This document shows positions 39,471-49,874 of a stretch of DNA of 64,000 nt, piece after piece (the stretch's first letter is position 1; every line of letters begins with the position of its first letter). This DNA is from Spirochaetia bacterium. GTDB taxonomy: Bacteria > Spirochaetota > Spirochaetia > DSM-2461. The notes under the pieces were generated by a model. The model was not told the DNA's origin. It saw only the letters and a program-made list of their open reading frames with translations, and did no database searches. The position numbers and the translations under genes are program-made. The stretch spans positions 5,184,001-5,248,000 of the forward strand of contig OY764216.1 in assembly GCA_963668315.1 (NCBI GenBank), given 5' to 3'.

Positions 39471-40811
39471 ATGTATAATATTGTAGATTACGGTGCCGTC
39501 GGAGACGGAAAGACAAATAACGACAAAGCGATTCAGGCCGCCATCGACGCCTGTCACGCGGCGGGGGGCGGAAAGGTCATCGTTCCCGGAGGATTTACCT
39601 TCGTAACCGGTCCCTTTAAATTCAAATCGAACGTCAATCTTGTCGTGGAAGCCAATGCGATACTCAAAGCAAGCACAGACGAATCTCTTTATACGGAGAG
39701 CGCCTTCAAGGAGAACCGCTCCGAAGGAAGTATGTGGATCAGCGGTTTCGAAGCGCATCGCATCGCCATTTCCGGCCAGGGAATAATCGACGGCCAGGGA
39801 ACGGAGTTCATGGTCAACGAAGAGAAGACCCACTACAACTACAAGATAGAGAACAATATAGACATGAGGCCCCACCTCCTGACCCTGATAGGATGCCATA
39901 ACATCACCATACGGGACGTGACATTCCGCAACGCCGCCTACTGGTGCGTTCACCCCGTGGGATGCGTGGATGTGCTGATCACCGGCGTCCGCATTCTGAA
40001 CAGCCTCAAAGTACGGAACTGCGACGGTATCGATCCGGACCATTGCCGCAACGTGCGCATCAGCGACTGCTACATCGAATCGGCCGACGACTGTATCTGC
40101 CCCAAAACCCGCCGGGAGTACGCCGAGTACGGCCCCACGGAAAATATCACCGTCACCGGCTGTACCCTCGTCTCCACCTCTTGCGCCATCAAGCTGGGGA
40201 GCGAGAACATGCAGGGCATCAGAAACGTGGTGTTCTCATCGATTATCATCAACTCCTCCAACCGGGCTCTGGGCATTCAGAACCGCGACGAAGGGGTCGT
40301 GGAGAATATTCAGTTCAACAATATCATCATCGAGACCCGGCTTTTCGCCGATGTCTGGTGGGGCAAGGCGGAGCCTATCTCCATCACCGCCTTCAAGCGG
40401 CCCAAGGACGCACTCATCCGCTTTGCTCCCGGCGAGACGGAAGGACGGATCGGCCCTGTAAGGAATATCTCCTTCCGCAACATCATGGCGGACAGCGAAA
40501 ACGGCGTTTATGTCTGCGGCTGCGCCGATTCCCGCCCCAGCCAGATCTCCTTTGACAATGTAAACCTTAAAATCAACAGAAAAACCAGTTATCCCGGCGG
40601 ACTGTATGACAGGCGTCCCTGCGACGCGGAAGGTATCGTCAACGAGAAAACCGCGGGCTTTTTCTTTCAGGAAGCCGATGATATCCGCATCCGGGACTGC
40701 CGTGTGGACTGGGGGGAAAATCAGCCCGATTTCTTCGGGGAAGCCCTGAAGCAGCGGGAGGTCGACGGCCTGGAAATCAACGGATTCCAGGAGAGGAACC
40801 GCAGAAGATGA
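39471..40811 (+). CDS. GH28-like beta-helix glycoside hydrolase
   Basis: DYGAVGDG, AIQAAID, NCDGIDP, ADDCIC.K, IKLGSE; start MYNIVD after AAGGAG. Confidence 0.8.
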   Translation: MYNIVDYGAVGDGKTNNDKAIQAAIDACHAAGGGKVIVPGGFTFVTGPFKFKSNVNLVVEANAILKASTDESLYTESAFKENRSEGSMWISGFEAHRIAISGQGIIDGQGTEFMVNEEKTHYNYKIENNIDMRPHLLTLIGCHNITIRDVTFRNAAYWCVHPVGCVDVLITGVRILNSLKVRNCDGIDPDHCRNVRISDCYIESADDCICPKTRREYAEYGPTENITVTGCTLVSTSCAIKLGSENMQGIRNVVFSSIIINSSNRALGIQNRDEGVVENIQFNNIIIETRLFADVWWGKAEPISITAFKRPKDALIRFAPGETEGRIGPVRNISFRNIMADSENGVYVCGCADSRPSQISFDNVNLKINRKTSYPGGLYDRRPCDAEGIVNEKTAGFFFQEADDIRIRDCRVDWGENQPDFFGEALKQREVDGLEINGFQERNRRR

Positions 40812-41341
40812 AGGCCGAGGGGAGCAAACCGATTCTGTTCTTCGACTGCGGCGATACCCTTATAGACGAAGGCACGGAAGTTAAGGATTCCCGGGGGATC
40901 TCCGTAGACGGAGAGCTGATACCCGGAGGGGACGAACTGATCCGAACCCTGGCCGAGAGGGGTTACACCATGGCTCTTGTGGCGGACGGATTCGTCGACA
41001 CTTTCAAAAATCTCCTGGGAAAGTTCGACCTTTACAAGTACTTTTCCGCCTATGCCATATCCGAGACGGTGGGCGCCGACAAGCCGGACAGGAGAATGTT
41101 CGACAAGGCTCTGGCCGACCTCTCCCTGACCGAGAGGGATGCGGAGAATGTCTGGATGATCGGCAATAATCTGGAAAGGGACATCAAGGGCGCTAACAAG
41201 CTGGGCATGACGACGGTATGGCTCGACTGGGCGCCCCGCCGTTCCAAAATCCCCGCGGACAAGTGGGAAGAGCCGGACTACACCATAAAAACTCCCCTGG
41301 AACTGCTTCAAGTGCTCGAGGGAGAGCTGTCTCCCCGTTAG
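40808..41341 (+). CDS. HAD-superfamily hydrolase
   Basis: FFDCGDTL, KPD..MF, IGNNLERDIKGA; ATGA coupling to the GH28-like gene. Confidence 0.85.
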   Translation: MKAEGSKPILFFDCGDTLIDEGTEVKDSRGISVDGELIPGGDELIRTLAERGYTMALVADGFVDTFKNLLGKFDLYKYFSAYAISETVGADKPDRRMFDKALADLSLTERDAENVWMIGNNLERDIKGANKLGMTTVWLDWAPRRSKIPADKWEEPDYTIKTPLELLQVLEGELSPR

Positions 41342-41398
41342 GAGATATGCTATACTTTCTCCGGGCCGGTTCGGCCGGCCCGCATTGAGGAGATTTTC

Positions 41399-41767
41399 AT
41401 GCTTTTTTATTTAATACTTCTTGTCGCTGTCATGGCCGGTTCGGCCGTATTCATAACAAAATTTACCATGTGGACCATTTCAAAACTGGGACACAAATAT
41501 ATTGAAATGACCCATCGCAGTGCCGAGTTCATCGTCAATACCGGAGCGGTCCCCCCCTTCTGGTATGACGGAAAACGGGCCTATCCCTTTCCTCTCTGGC
41601 AGAAAATGCGATGCCTGAAAAGACTCAAAAAACTGATCAGCTATTTTGAAAACAGCACGGTCGCCGGAGATGAAAAGACAAGAAAACTGGTAGCTTCACG
41701 GCTTATCGACGCCTATAATGTCTGGGTGGAAAAAGAGTGGGAGGAGCTGCTTCCCTCCGGCAGGTAA
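41399..41767 (+). CDS. Hypothetical protein with an N-terminal TM
   Basis: RBS GAGGAG; hydrophobic N-terminus. Confidence 0.6.
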   Translation: MLFYLILLVAVMAGSAVFITKFTMWTISKLGHKYIEMTHRSAEFIVNTGAVPPFWYDGKRAYPFPLWQKMRCLKRLKKLISYFENSTVAGDEKTRKLVASRLIDAYNVWVEKEWEELLPSGR

Positions 41768-41769
41768 GG

Positions 41770-42696
41770 ATGATTATCAATTCGGGAAACAGAACGGATG
41801 TGCCCGCCTTCTTTTCCGACTGGTTCTACCGCCGGATACGGGAGGGGTATGTTCTTGTAAGAAACCCCTACTTCCGCAGTCAGATTACCCGCTATACCCT
41901 CTCCCCCGATGTGGTCGACTGCCTGGCCTTCTGCACGAAAAATCCCCGTCCCATGCTGGCGAGGCTCGACGAGCTGAAGGATTACCGTCAATTCTGGTTT
42001 GTCACGATCACCCCTTACGGGCGGGACGTGGAACCCCGGGTTCCCTCTTTTTCCCATGTCATAGAATCCTTCAAGAAACTGTCCCGCCGCTTCGGTCCGG
42101 ACGCCGTCCACTGGCGCTATGATCCCATATTCCTGACGGACAAATATACCATGGATTTTCATTTCTCCGCTTTCGAAGAGATGTCCCGGGCTCTGGAGGG
42201 ATTTACCCATAGCTGCGTCATCAGTTTTATCGATCTATACGAAAAGACAAAAAGGAATTTCCCGGGGATCAGGGAGGTAAGCCGGGACGAGCAGATTCTG
42301 CTGACCCGGAGGATAGCAGATATTGCCGCCTCTCACGGCATGGGCGTCAACGGATGCGCCGAAGCCCCCTACCTGGGACGATACGGCATAGACACCAAGG
42401 GCTGCATGACAAAGGAGATCCTGGAAAAGGCTCTGGCCGTGGATCTGGCCCCTCCCGCCGGTCAGAGGAAACGGGACTTCTGTCCCTGTCTTCTGGGCAT
42501 AGATATCGGGGAATATGACAGCTGCGCCCACGGCTGCCTCTACTGCTATGCCAACCAGAACAAAAGGGCCGTGGATCGGAATTTCCCCCTCCACGACCCC
42601 CTGTCACCTTTGATGATCGGCTGGCCCGGAGAGGGAGAGGAGATCAAAGAGGCCGTGCAGAAAACCTATCTGACCGGCCAGGGACGGCTTTTCTGA
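41770..42696 (+). CDS. DUF1848 family protein (Fe-S/radical-SAM-like)
   Basis: MIINSGNRTDVPAFFSDWF, WRYDPI, DIGEYDSCAHGCLYCYAN. Confidence 0.88.
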   Translation: MIINSGNRTDVPAFFSDWFYRRIREGYVLVRNPYFRSQITRYTLSPDVVDCLAFCTKNPRPMLARLDELKDYRQFWFVTITPYGRDVEPRVPSFSHVIESFKKLSRRFGPDAVHWRYDPIFLTDKYTMDFHFSAFEEMSRALEGFTHSCVISFIDLYEKTKRNFPGIREVSRDEQILLTRRIADIAASHGMGVNGCAEAPYLGRYGIDTKGCMTKEILEKALAVDLAPPAGQRKRDFCPCLLGIDIGEYDSCAHGCLYCYANQNKRAVDRNFPLHDPLSPLMIGWPGEGEEIKEAVQKTYLTGQGRLF

Positions 42697-42721
42697 CGGA
42701 CCGTCCCCGTTTTTTCCCGGC

Positions 42722-43879
42722 TTACTTTCCCGCGAGGGTGCTCTTCAGCCTGCGGACTTCCGATCGGGTCATCCCGTTGGCCATCAGGTATTTTTCCGCA
42801 TAGGCTTCCAGATTGATACCGGAAATATCGCTTCCCTTGGGCAACCCGCAGACAACGGTTGTCAGGGAGCTGATGATATTGCTCTGCGCAATAACGGCGT
42901 ACTTTTCGCTTCCTGCCTCCACTCCGTAATAGTTGGAAAAGGAGGTCATATAGTCGGCTACGACTTCATCGAGGGAGGCACCCATGAGGCATTCGACAAG
43001 GGCGCTGGCGAATCCCGCCCGGTCCTTGCCTTCGGTACAGTGAATAAGAAAGGGGCCTTCGTTCTGGGAGAGGAATTTCATCCCTTCCACGAGTTTCTTG
43101 CCGAAATCTTCCGACTCAAGATCAACCCCCATATCCAGGGTGATGATATGTCCCTTTTCGTAAACCGATTGATAGTAGGGAGAGTTGTAGTCTTCCCGGG
43201 CGAAAAAGCCCTCGAGCTCTTCGGAGGAATCGGAAAGGTTCACCACCGTTTTCACGGCGGCCTTGTCCATGAGAACATCGGCATAGGACGCCCGGCCCAG
43301 TTCGTTATTCGCCGGATTGCTGCTTCGGTAGACGAGGCCTGCGGGGATATCGCCCATGGCTATGTTCCGGAAGTTGGCAAAAATCTCATCGCTCCCGTAA
43401 TCTTCCCGGTTATTGGTTCTTTCCAGCTGATGCAGCATGAAGCCGGTCTTATACCCTTCCTTCTCCTTCAGGGTGAATGTCACCTGGGTGCCGGTTTCGG
43501 CGCTGTAGACCTTGGAGAAATTTCCCATGTTGATGGCGACGACAAGAAGTCCCTTTTTCTGGTCATCCCTGACCAGCGGATTTCCCGTGTCCACATCGCT
43601 GTAGGCGGTACAGAAGGGGGCTTCGATCTGATTATCTCCCACGGAGACTGTCAGCATATCGCCCAGTTCATACCCGGCGCCGTACAGGGCTTCGGGAGTG
43701 ATATCCATCGTCAGGTTTCCATACTTCTGCACTTCGGCGACGCTGCCCGTAACGGCGGGATAAACGACTTCCGCGACGGGAGCCGCAGAAACGCCTTCAG
43801 AGCCGGTCGTGGTACAGCCGGCAAACACAAAGGAGACCAGGACAAGCAAAATCAGAATCAGGGTTTTTTCTTTCTTCAT
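42722..43879 (-). CDS. Lipoprotein tyrosine/dual-specificity phosphatase (Y_phosphatase3)
   Basis: FAGC lipobox; NFRN, YRSS, HCTEGKDRAG P-loop, DY..S. Confidence 0.85.
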   Translation of the reverse strand: MKKEKTLILILLVLVSFVFAGCTTTGSEGVSAAPVAEVVYPAVTGSVAEVQKYGNLTMDITPEALYGAGYELGDMLTVSVGDNQIEAPFCTAYSDVDTGNPLVRDDQKKGLLVVAINMGNFSKVYSAETGTQVTFTLKEKEGYKTGFMLHQLERTNNREDYGSDEIFANFRNIAMGDIPAGLVYRSSNPANNELGRASYADVLMDKAAVKTVVNLSDSSEELEGFFAREDYNSPYYQSVYEKGHIITLDMGVDLESEDFGKKLVEGMKFLSQNEGPFLIHCTEGKDRAGFASALVECLMGASLDEVVADYMTSFSNYYGVEAGSEKYAVIAQSNIISSLTTVVCGLPKGSDISGINLEAYAEKYLMANGMTRSEVRRLKSTLAGK

Positions 43880-43985
43880 TATTACACCTTCTTTTAACAA
43901 AATCTTAATAAAATCAGTTTCAGGCTTTTTCAAGTTCTTGTCAATCCGATAAGGAACGGCCATCCCCTTTTCCTTCTTACTCCGT

Positions 43986-45263
43986 TCACCACTCCAGATC
44001 AACGGCCAGGGCAAAGGTCCTGAAATTATCTTCCCAGTTCAGGCGGGCGCAGAGGAATTCAAAGGCATGAAACTGGAGTCCCGTCTGTATATTGATTGCA
44101 TCCCTGTTCATCCCCTTCTTCAGCGTATCGTTCCAGACATAGGAACATTCCCCCAGAATGGCCAGGGAATCCCCCATAAAGGGATGCAAAGGGTACCAGG
44201 CCGACCCGAGGGCGACTTTATCCAGCCCGGCGTAAAGGGAGAAATCATGATAGAGCAGCTGGGGCACCGAAACATCGGCCGCACCGTAAATCGTGCCGCC
44301 CGGCTCGCTCCTCTGCGTGTCATCCAAAGGAGAGACGAGGTATCCCCGAACTCCTATGGCAGCGGAGATCTGAATCGAATTCCCGTTGTTGTTCAGGAGA
44401 GCCAGCTTGACATCCCCGTCTGAATAGGTAAGAAAGGAAGAGTCGGGAAATTCATCCATGTTTACAACATGGGACGTGCCGATCTGAAAAAACTCGCCGT
44501 AGGAACGATGATAGGAAAGGGTGCGGAGCCCCATCGAATCCTGCAGGGAAAAGGAGCCGGACAGGGTATTTCTGGCCGCAAAGACTTCCCCGTTATCAAA
44601 ACTGATCAGACGGGGATAGGGCTTATGATCCAGAAAATCCCCGTAGTTCGCCCGGTTGGCTTCCCGCCGCTCCTCCCGGAGCTTCTTTTTTTCCAGCCTG
44701 CTTTCCCGGGCGAGACGTTCCCGCTCCAGCTCATGCCGTTCCTCCTCCAGCTCCTTTTCATGGGCCAGACGAAGGGATTCCTGCTCCATCTCCCGCCTCT
44801 CCAGATCGGCTTTCATCTGCCTGAGATCGTCGGCGAGCCGTCTTTCAAGCTCCCCGTCGTAAAGGGTTTTCTCTATACGGATCAGGGAGTAATAGGGCCC
44901 CTTCCGGGACTCTTTCCAGGTGGCGGTGATGCCGATTCCCTTAAGGCTCAATTCGGTCCTGACCTGTGTCGCCATACTCACGTTGAGGCTCTCATTCCCT
45001 TCCTGCTGGCTGTAGAATTCCTCCAGGGAACTCTCCACACGGGTCTCTACGGAACGGGCGAATTCGATCCGGGCTCTGTCATCGGCGTCCTCCTGGCTTT
45101 TTGCCGATTCTCCGATTCCCAGATAATAGGTGAAATCGGCGACACGTCCCAGCTCGCCCTGCTGATAATAGATGACCCAGTCGGGAGTCTCTCCCCAGAG
45201 CCCGGAAATCGAAGCAAATAGGATGAGCCAAAGGACCCACAAAATTCTAAGTTGATGACGCAC
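43986..45263 (-). CDS. Exported protein: LPP20-like N-domain, coiled coil and beta-rich C-terminus
   Basis: Signal peptide, PDWV...YLGIGES..QEDADDRAR.E; E/R coiled coil; ends VDLEW. Confidence 0.6.
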   Translation of the reverse strand: MRHQLRILWVLWLILFASISGLWGETPDWVIYYQQGELGRVADFTYYLGIGESAKSQEDADDRARIEFARSVETRVESSLEEFYSQQEGNESLNVSMATQVRTELSLKGIGITATWKESRKGPYYSLIRIEKTLYDGELERRLADDLRQMKADLERREMEQESLRLAHEKELEEERHELERERLARESRLEKKKLREERREANRANYGDFLDHKPYPRLISFDNGEVFAARNTLSGSFSLQDSMGLRTLSYHRSYGEFFQIGTSHVVNMDEFPDSSFLTYSDGDVKLALLNNNGNSIQISAAIGVRGYLVSPLDDTQRSEPGGTIYGAADVSVPQLLYHDFSLYAGLDKVALGSAWYPLHPFMGDSLAILGECSYVWNDTLKKGMNRDAINIQTGLQFHAFEFLCARLNWEDNFRTFALAVDLEW

Positions 45264-45357
45264 GGCAAGCCTCCCTGTCCTGAAAAGGAACTACGATTCT
45301 AAGAGAAAAAGACGGAAAAGACAAGGATCGTTTCCTGTTGTGACGATTTCCTTTTCG

Positions 45358-45471
45358 GGGAGTCCCCGCTGCCACGGGTCGGGCTTTCCCCTCCCATTCG
45401 CTTCTCCGTGGCCCTCTTCCGGCTTCCTGCCGGTCCGCCGGGGCCCCGGGCTCATGTTCGGTACAATCCCT
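45358..45471 (-). ncRNA. Structured intergenic element, Flavo-1-like (copy 2)
   Basis: AGGGATTGTACCG...GAGGGGAAAGCCCGACC-hairpin-GGACTCCCC. Confidence 0.5.
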
Positions 45472-45476
45472 TCTCC

Positions 45477-45514
45477 AAAAAAAACCGCCCGGCCTTACCA
45501 AAAAGACCGGGCGA
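45477..45514 (-). terminator. Terminator of the Opp-type ABC operon
   Basis: CGCCCGGTCTT...AAGGCCGGGCG followed by a T run. Confidence 0.75.
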
Positions 45515-45540
45515 CAGAAATATGCAGTTCAGGGCTGTGC

Positions 45541-46557
45541 CTAGGCCCCTCTGAGATTCAGTTCACCGGCGAAATGGCAGGCGCAGAAATGCCCCGGTCT
45601 GACTTCGCGCAGCTCAGGTTTCTCCTGGGTACAGCGCTCGGTGACATAGGGACAGCGGGGATGGAAATAGCATCCCGTAGGAGGATTGATCGGACTGGGG
45701 ACTTCTCCCTTGAGAACGATTCTATCCATGCGCATCCGCGGATCCGGCTTGGGTACGGCGGACATCAGGGCTTCCGTATAGGGGTGGAGCGGCGTATTGA
45801 AGAGATCCTTCGTATCCGCCGTCTCCGTAACCTGTCCGATGTACATAACCGCCACCCGGTCGGAAATATGCTCCACAACCGAAAGGTCATGGGCGATGAA
45901 AATATAGGTAATACCGTACTTCTGCTGCAGATCCTCCAGCAGATTGATCACCTGGGCCTGGATGGAAACGTCCAGTGCCGATACGGCCTCGTCACAGACG
46001 ATGACGCTCGGATTGGTCGCCAGAGCCCGGGCAATGCCGATCCTCTGTCTCTGCCCGCCGGAGAAAGCATGGGGATACCTTTTCAGGTGGGCGATATTCA
46101 GGCCTACTTCCGAAGCCAGCTGCTTGACCTTTTCATCAATCTCGTCGGATGTGCCCATCTTATTGATCCGCAGAGGTTCGGATATGATATCGTATACGGT
46201 CATACGGGGGTCCAGGGAGCCGTAGGGATCCTGGAAAATCATCTGTATGTCCTTGCGGTATTTCTTGAGTTCCTTACCCTTAAGGTCCAGGAAATTCACG
46301 GTTTTTTCGTCGCCGTGGAAAATGACTTCCCCCTGGCTTGCCGTGATTCCCCGTACGATACAGCGGCCGAGGGTTGTTTTTCCGCAGCCCGACTCGCCTA
46401 CCAGCCCCAGGGTTTCCCCTTTGAAGACATGAACGTTTACCTCATCCACGGCTCTCAGGTAACTGATATGTGATCCGAAGGCCTTCTCCTTCTTTATGGG
46501 AAAGTGTTTGGAGAGGGACTTAACTTCCAGTTGTAGTTGTCTTTCTGCCTCAGCCAT
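45541..46557 (-). CDS. Opp/Dpp-family ABC ATPase (OppF-like)
   Basis: GESGCGKTT, FSGGQRQR, HPYTEAL, oligo_HPY C-terminus. Confidence 0.93.
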   Translation of the reverse strand: MAEAERQLQLEVKSLSKHFPIKKEKAFGSHISYLRAVDEVNVHVFKGETLGLVGESGCGKTTLGRCIVRGITASQGEVIFHGDEKTVNFLDLKGKELKKYRKDIQMIFQDPYGSLDPRMTVYDIISEPLRINKMGTSDEIDEKVKQLASEVGLNIAHLKRYPHAFSGGQRQRIGIARALATNPSVIVCDEAVSALDVSIQAQVINLLEDLQQKYGITYIFIAHDLSVVEHISDRVAVMYIGQVTETADTKDLFNTPLHPYTEALMSAVPKPDPRMRMDRIVLKGEVPSPINPPTGCYFHPRCPYVTERCTQEKPELREVRPGHFCACHFAGELNLRGA

Positions 46558-47572
46558 TCTGTTTTTCTCCTGTCATATCGGTGTATTTGAAGCAGCGAAC
46601 AAAATGCCCTTTCTCCACTTCGATGAGAGGGGGATTCTCTTTGTCGCACTTGCCGCTCATACACTCGGAACACCTTTCGTGGAAACCGCACATGGGAGGC
46701 AGCCCCAGGGGAACCGGTACGGACCCTTCGATGGACGCCAGCTTTTCCCTCGTCTCCTTGCCCATCACGGGGATGGACTTGAGAAGGCCCTTCGTATAGG
46801 GATGCATGGGATTATGGAAAATATCGTCCACAGGGGCTTTCTCCACCACCTTTCCCAGATACATAACGGCCACTTCGTCGCACATTTCGGCCACCACGCC
46901 CAGGTCATGGGTGATGAAAAGGATACCCATGCCGAATTCCTTCTGCAGTTCCCTCATCAGCTCCAGAACCTGCGCCTGGATGGTTACATCGAGAGCGGTG
47001 GTGGGCTCGTCGGCGATCAGCAGTTTGGGCTGACAGGAAAGGGCCATGGCGATCATAACCCTCTGCCTCATTCCGCCGGAAAACTCATGGGGATATTCGT
47101 CCAGTCTCTTCTCCGGATTGGAGATTCCGACTTTGCGGAACATCTCTATGGCGATCTGCCTCGCTTCCTCTTCGTTGTCGGTCCGGTGGAGCTTGATGGC
47201 TTCCATAATCTGGTTTCCCATCGTATAGAGAGGGGAAAAGCTGGTCATGGGCTCCTGGAAAATCATGGCGATATCCTTACCGCGGATGGAACGGATCATC
47301 TCCCCGTTCATATCCAGGGCGGCCAGATCCACCGTGTCCTGTCCCTCTTTCCCGTGAAAAAGGATCTCTCCCATAATGCTTCCCGGGGGAGGAACAATTC
47401 TCAAGAGGGCCTGGCTGGTAACGCTCTTGCCGCAGCCCGATTCCCCCACCAGTCCGAGGGTCTTTCCTTCGTATATTTCCAGATCCACTCCGTCCACAGC
47501 CTTGAGGGTTCCCTCGTCGATGGCGAAGTGGACTTTCAGGTCTTTCAGTTCGATCAGTAATTTCTCTTCCAT
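46550..47572 (-). CDS. Opp/Dpp-family ABC ATPase (OppD-like)
   Basis: [25 protein letters not shown]. Confidence 0.93.
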   Translation of the reverse strand: MEEKLLIELKDLKVHFAIDEGTLKAVDGVDLEIYEGKTLGLVGESGCGKSVTSQALLRIVPPPGSIMGEILFHGKEGQDTVDLAALDMNGEMIRSIRGKDIAMIFQEPMTSFSPLYTMGNQIMEAIKLHRTDNEEEARQIAIEMFRKVGISNPEKRLDEYPHEFSGGMRQRVMIAMALSCQPKLLIADEPTTALDVTIQAQVLELMRELQKEFGMGILFITHDLGVVAEMCDEVAVMYLGKVVEKAPVDDIFHNPMHPYTKGLLKSIPVMGKETREKLASIEGSVPVPLGLPPMCGFHERCSECMSGKCDKENPPLIEVEKGHFVRCFKYTDMTGEKQNG

Positions 47573-47581
47573 TTTACAATC

Positions 47582-48736
47582 CTATTTGTAGGGATCCGCC
47601 GCATCACGCAGACCGTCGCCGATAAAGTTGAAAGCCAGAACCGTGACAACTACGGCGAACAGGGGCCACAGCAGCCAGGGGTAAAGGGCGATATTCTGTA
47701 TCTTCTGTGCTTCCTTGAGAAGTACGCCCCAGCTTACGATGGGATCGCGCAGACCCAGACCTAAAAAGCTCAGACTCGTCTCGCCCAGGATCATGTTGGG
47801 AACGGCCAGGGTCAGCTCAACGATGAGGTAACTCAGGAACCCCGGAACCAGGTGGGAAAAGATGATACGGTTCATTCCGGCGCCGGAAACACGGGCCGCC
47901 ATAATATAGTCCTCTTCCCTCATGGAGATGAACTTACTTCGCACACGACGGGCGATGCTGGTCCATCCGATAAAGGAAAGGATGATCGTAATGAGAAAGT
48001 AAACCCTCAGGGGAGGGAGGTTCGGCGGAATGGCCGCACTGAGCGCCATCCACAGAGGAATCGTCGGGAAGGAACGAATTACCTCGATGACTCTCTGGAT
48101 GATAACGTCCGCGACGCCTCCGACAAGACCGGAGATTCCGCCGATGAAGACACCCAGGAAGATACTTAAAAATACACCGATAAGGCCGATGGACAGGGAG
48201 ATTCTCGTTCCGTAGATAATCAGGGTCAGAAGGTCGCGTCCCAGCCGGTCCGATCCCAGAAGGAAAACGGGAATGTCCGATTTGGTTCCGAAGAAGTGTC
48301 TTTTCGCTTCCCAGAGTCCCCAGAACTTGTAGGTATCGCCCTTAACAAAGAAGTGTATGGGAGCGACGACCTCCGTATCCTCTACAAACACTTTCCTGTT
48401 GGTAACGGGATGGCGTTCGCTCTTGAGGCCGTAAACGAAAGGCCTCAAGTGGAATTTTCCCTCCTGATCAATCCAGTGGATCTTGGAAGGAGGACAGTTG
48501 GTATACTGCTCCTGATAGACATCGGTCAGATAGGGTGAAAGGAACTCGGAAAAAATCGCCGACAGGGCAAAGAAAGCCAGAATAACCAGGCTTATTTTTG
48601 CCAGGGTATGCTTTTTGAATTTTTTCCCCATCAGAGCCCACTGGGAAGAGAGATAGTAATCTTCCTTGTTCTGCAGCTCCGCTTCGGCCCCTTCCGGTTT
48701 ATTTATTTTCTTAAAGAGGATTTTCTGTAAATTCAT
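47582..48736 (-). CDS. Opp-family permease (OppC-like)
   Basis: LGSDRLGRD, EAA-like EDYIMAARVSGA, ETSLSFLGLG. Confidence 0.92.
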   Translation of the reverse strand: MNLQKILFKKINKPEGAEAELQNKEDYYLSSQWALMGKKFKKHTLAKISLVILAFFALSAIFSEFLSPYLTDVYQEQYTNCPPSKIHWIDQEGKFHLRPFVYGLKSERHPVTNRKVFVEDTEVVAPIHFFVKGDTYKFWGLWEAKRHFFGTKSDIPVFLLGSDRLGRDLLTLIIYGTRISLSIGLIGVFLSIFLGVFIGGISGLVGGVADVIIQRVIEVIRSFPTIPLWMALSAAIPPNLPPLRVYFLITIILSFIGWTSIARRVRSKFISMREEDYIMAARVSGAGMNRIIFSHLVPGFLSYLIVELTLAVPNMILGETSLSFLGLGLRDPIVSWGVLLKEAQKIQNIALYPWLLWPLFAVVVTVLAFNFIGDGLRDAADPYK

Positions 48737-48737
48737 G

Positions 48738-49736
48738 CTAGTTCTCCATCTTACCCGCACGGATTCGCGGATCAAGCCAAGCCAAGAGAATATCGGAAAT
48801 CAGCGTTCCGATAACCGTCAAAATGGCAAGGATCATAAGCAGGGTTCCCGCCAGATACATATCCTGGCTTGTCAGGGCCCGGTAAAGCTGAGATCCCTGG
48901 GTGGGAAGATTCAATACGATGGCCGTAACGGTGGATCCCGAAAAGATAGAAGTGAGAGACCAGCCGATTGTACTGACAACGGGGTTCATGGCCGCTCTTA
49001 CGGGGTATTTCCAGAGCAGTTTGGTCTCGTTGACACCCTTGGCGCGCGCCGTGACCACGTACTGCTTGCGGATCTCATCCAGCAGCTGCCCGCGGATGAT
49101 TCTAATGAGACCGCAGGTACCGGCCGTACCGATAACCACAACGGGAATAACCATATGCTTCAAAAGGTCGCCCACCTTGGCAAAGCTCCAGGCGGCGTCG
49201 ACGAACTCGCTGGAAAAGAGACCGCTCAAGAGCTGTCCCGTATGCTTATAGGTGAAGTACATCATAAGGATAGCCAGCAGAAAGTTCGGCAGAGCCAGCC
49301 CGATGAAGCCGATAAACGTGGCGATAAAGTCGCCGGGAGAGTATTGATGCGTAGCCGAATAGATGCCGATGGGCACCGCCAGTATATAGGTAAAGAGAAG
49401 GCTGGCCAGTGAAACCACCAGGGTCAGCATAATTCTCTGTCCGATCAGGTCGGTTACGGGTTTTTTCCATTCAAAGGATATTCCGAAATCGCCGTGAAGA
49501 AGGATTCCCTTCATCCACTTGGCGTACTGAACGACAACGGGCTGATCAAGGCCCAGATCCGCCCTTAGCTGATCGATCATCTGCATGTCGACCTTGTCTC
49601 CCATTTCCCTCATCTGAGCCACATAGGTTGTCAGAAAGTCACCGGGGGGAAGCTGGATAATCCAGAAAGCTAAAAAGGATATAAGAATCAGAGTCGGAAT
49701 CATTACAACGACTCTTCTCATGATGTAATTAAACAT
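48738..49736 (-). CDS. Opp-family permease (OppB-like)
   Basis: LPPGD, GDFG.S, YVVTARAKG, LDPRIR; RBS GGAGG. Confidence 0.92.
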   Translation of the reverse strand: MFNYIMRRVVVMIPTLILISFLAFWIIQLPPGDFLTTYVAQMREMGDKVDMQMIDQLRADLGLDQPVVVQYAKWMKGILLHGDFGISFEWKKPVTDLIGQRIMLTLVVSLASLLFTYILAVPIGIYSATHQYSPGDFIATFIGFIGLALPNFLLAILMMYFTYKHTGQLLSGLFSSEFVDAAWSFAKVGDLLKHMVIPVVVIGTAGTCGLIRIIRGQLLDEIRKQYVVTARAKGVNETKLLWKYPVRAAMNPVVSTIGWSLTSIFSGSTVTAIVLNLPTQGSQLYRALTSQDMYLAGTLLMILAILTVIGTLISDILLAWLDPRIRAGKMEN

Positions 49737-49803
49737 TGGTCCTCCATATTGCTGCCGCTTCCTCTCGCATAGCAGCAGGAACCGGGTTTGGCAGTTTTTA
49801 AAT

Positions 49804-49840
49804 GAACCCCGCTTCCGTGACTTACCCAAAAGCGGGGTTC
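49804..49840 (-). terminator. Stem-loop between the SBP and permease genes
   Basis: GAACCCCGCTT...AAGCGGGGTTC. Confidence 0.65.
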
Positions 49841-49874
49841 TGATTTACTTAATATAATTTTTCTTCTGAAAAAC

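Noticed and set aside
45340..46473. 377-aa plus-strand ORF
   Set aside because: It is antisense to the OppF-like gene, a common spurious ORF on ABC ATPases
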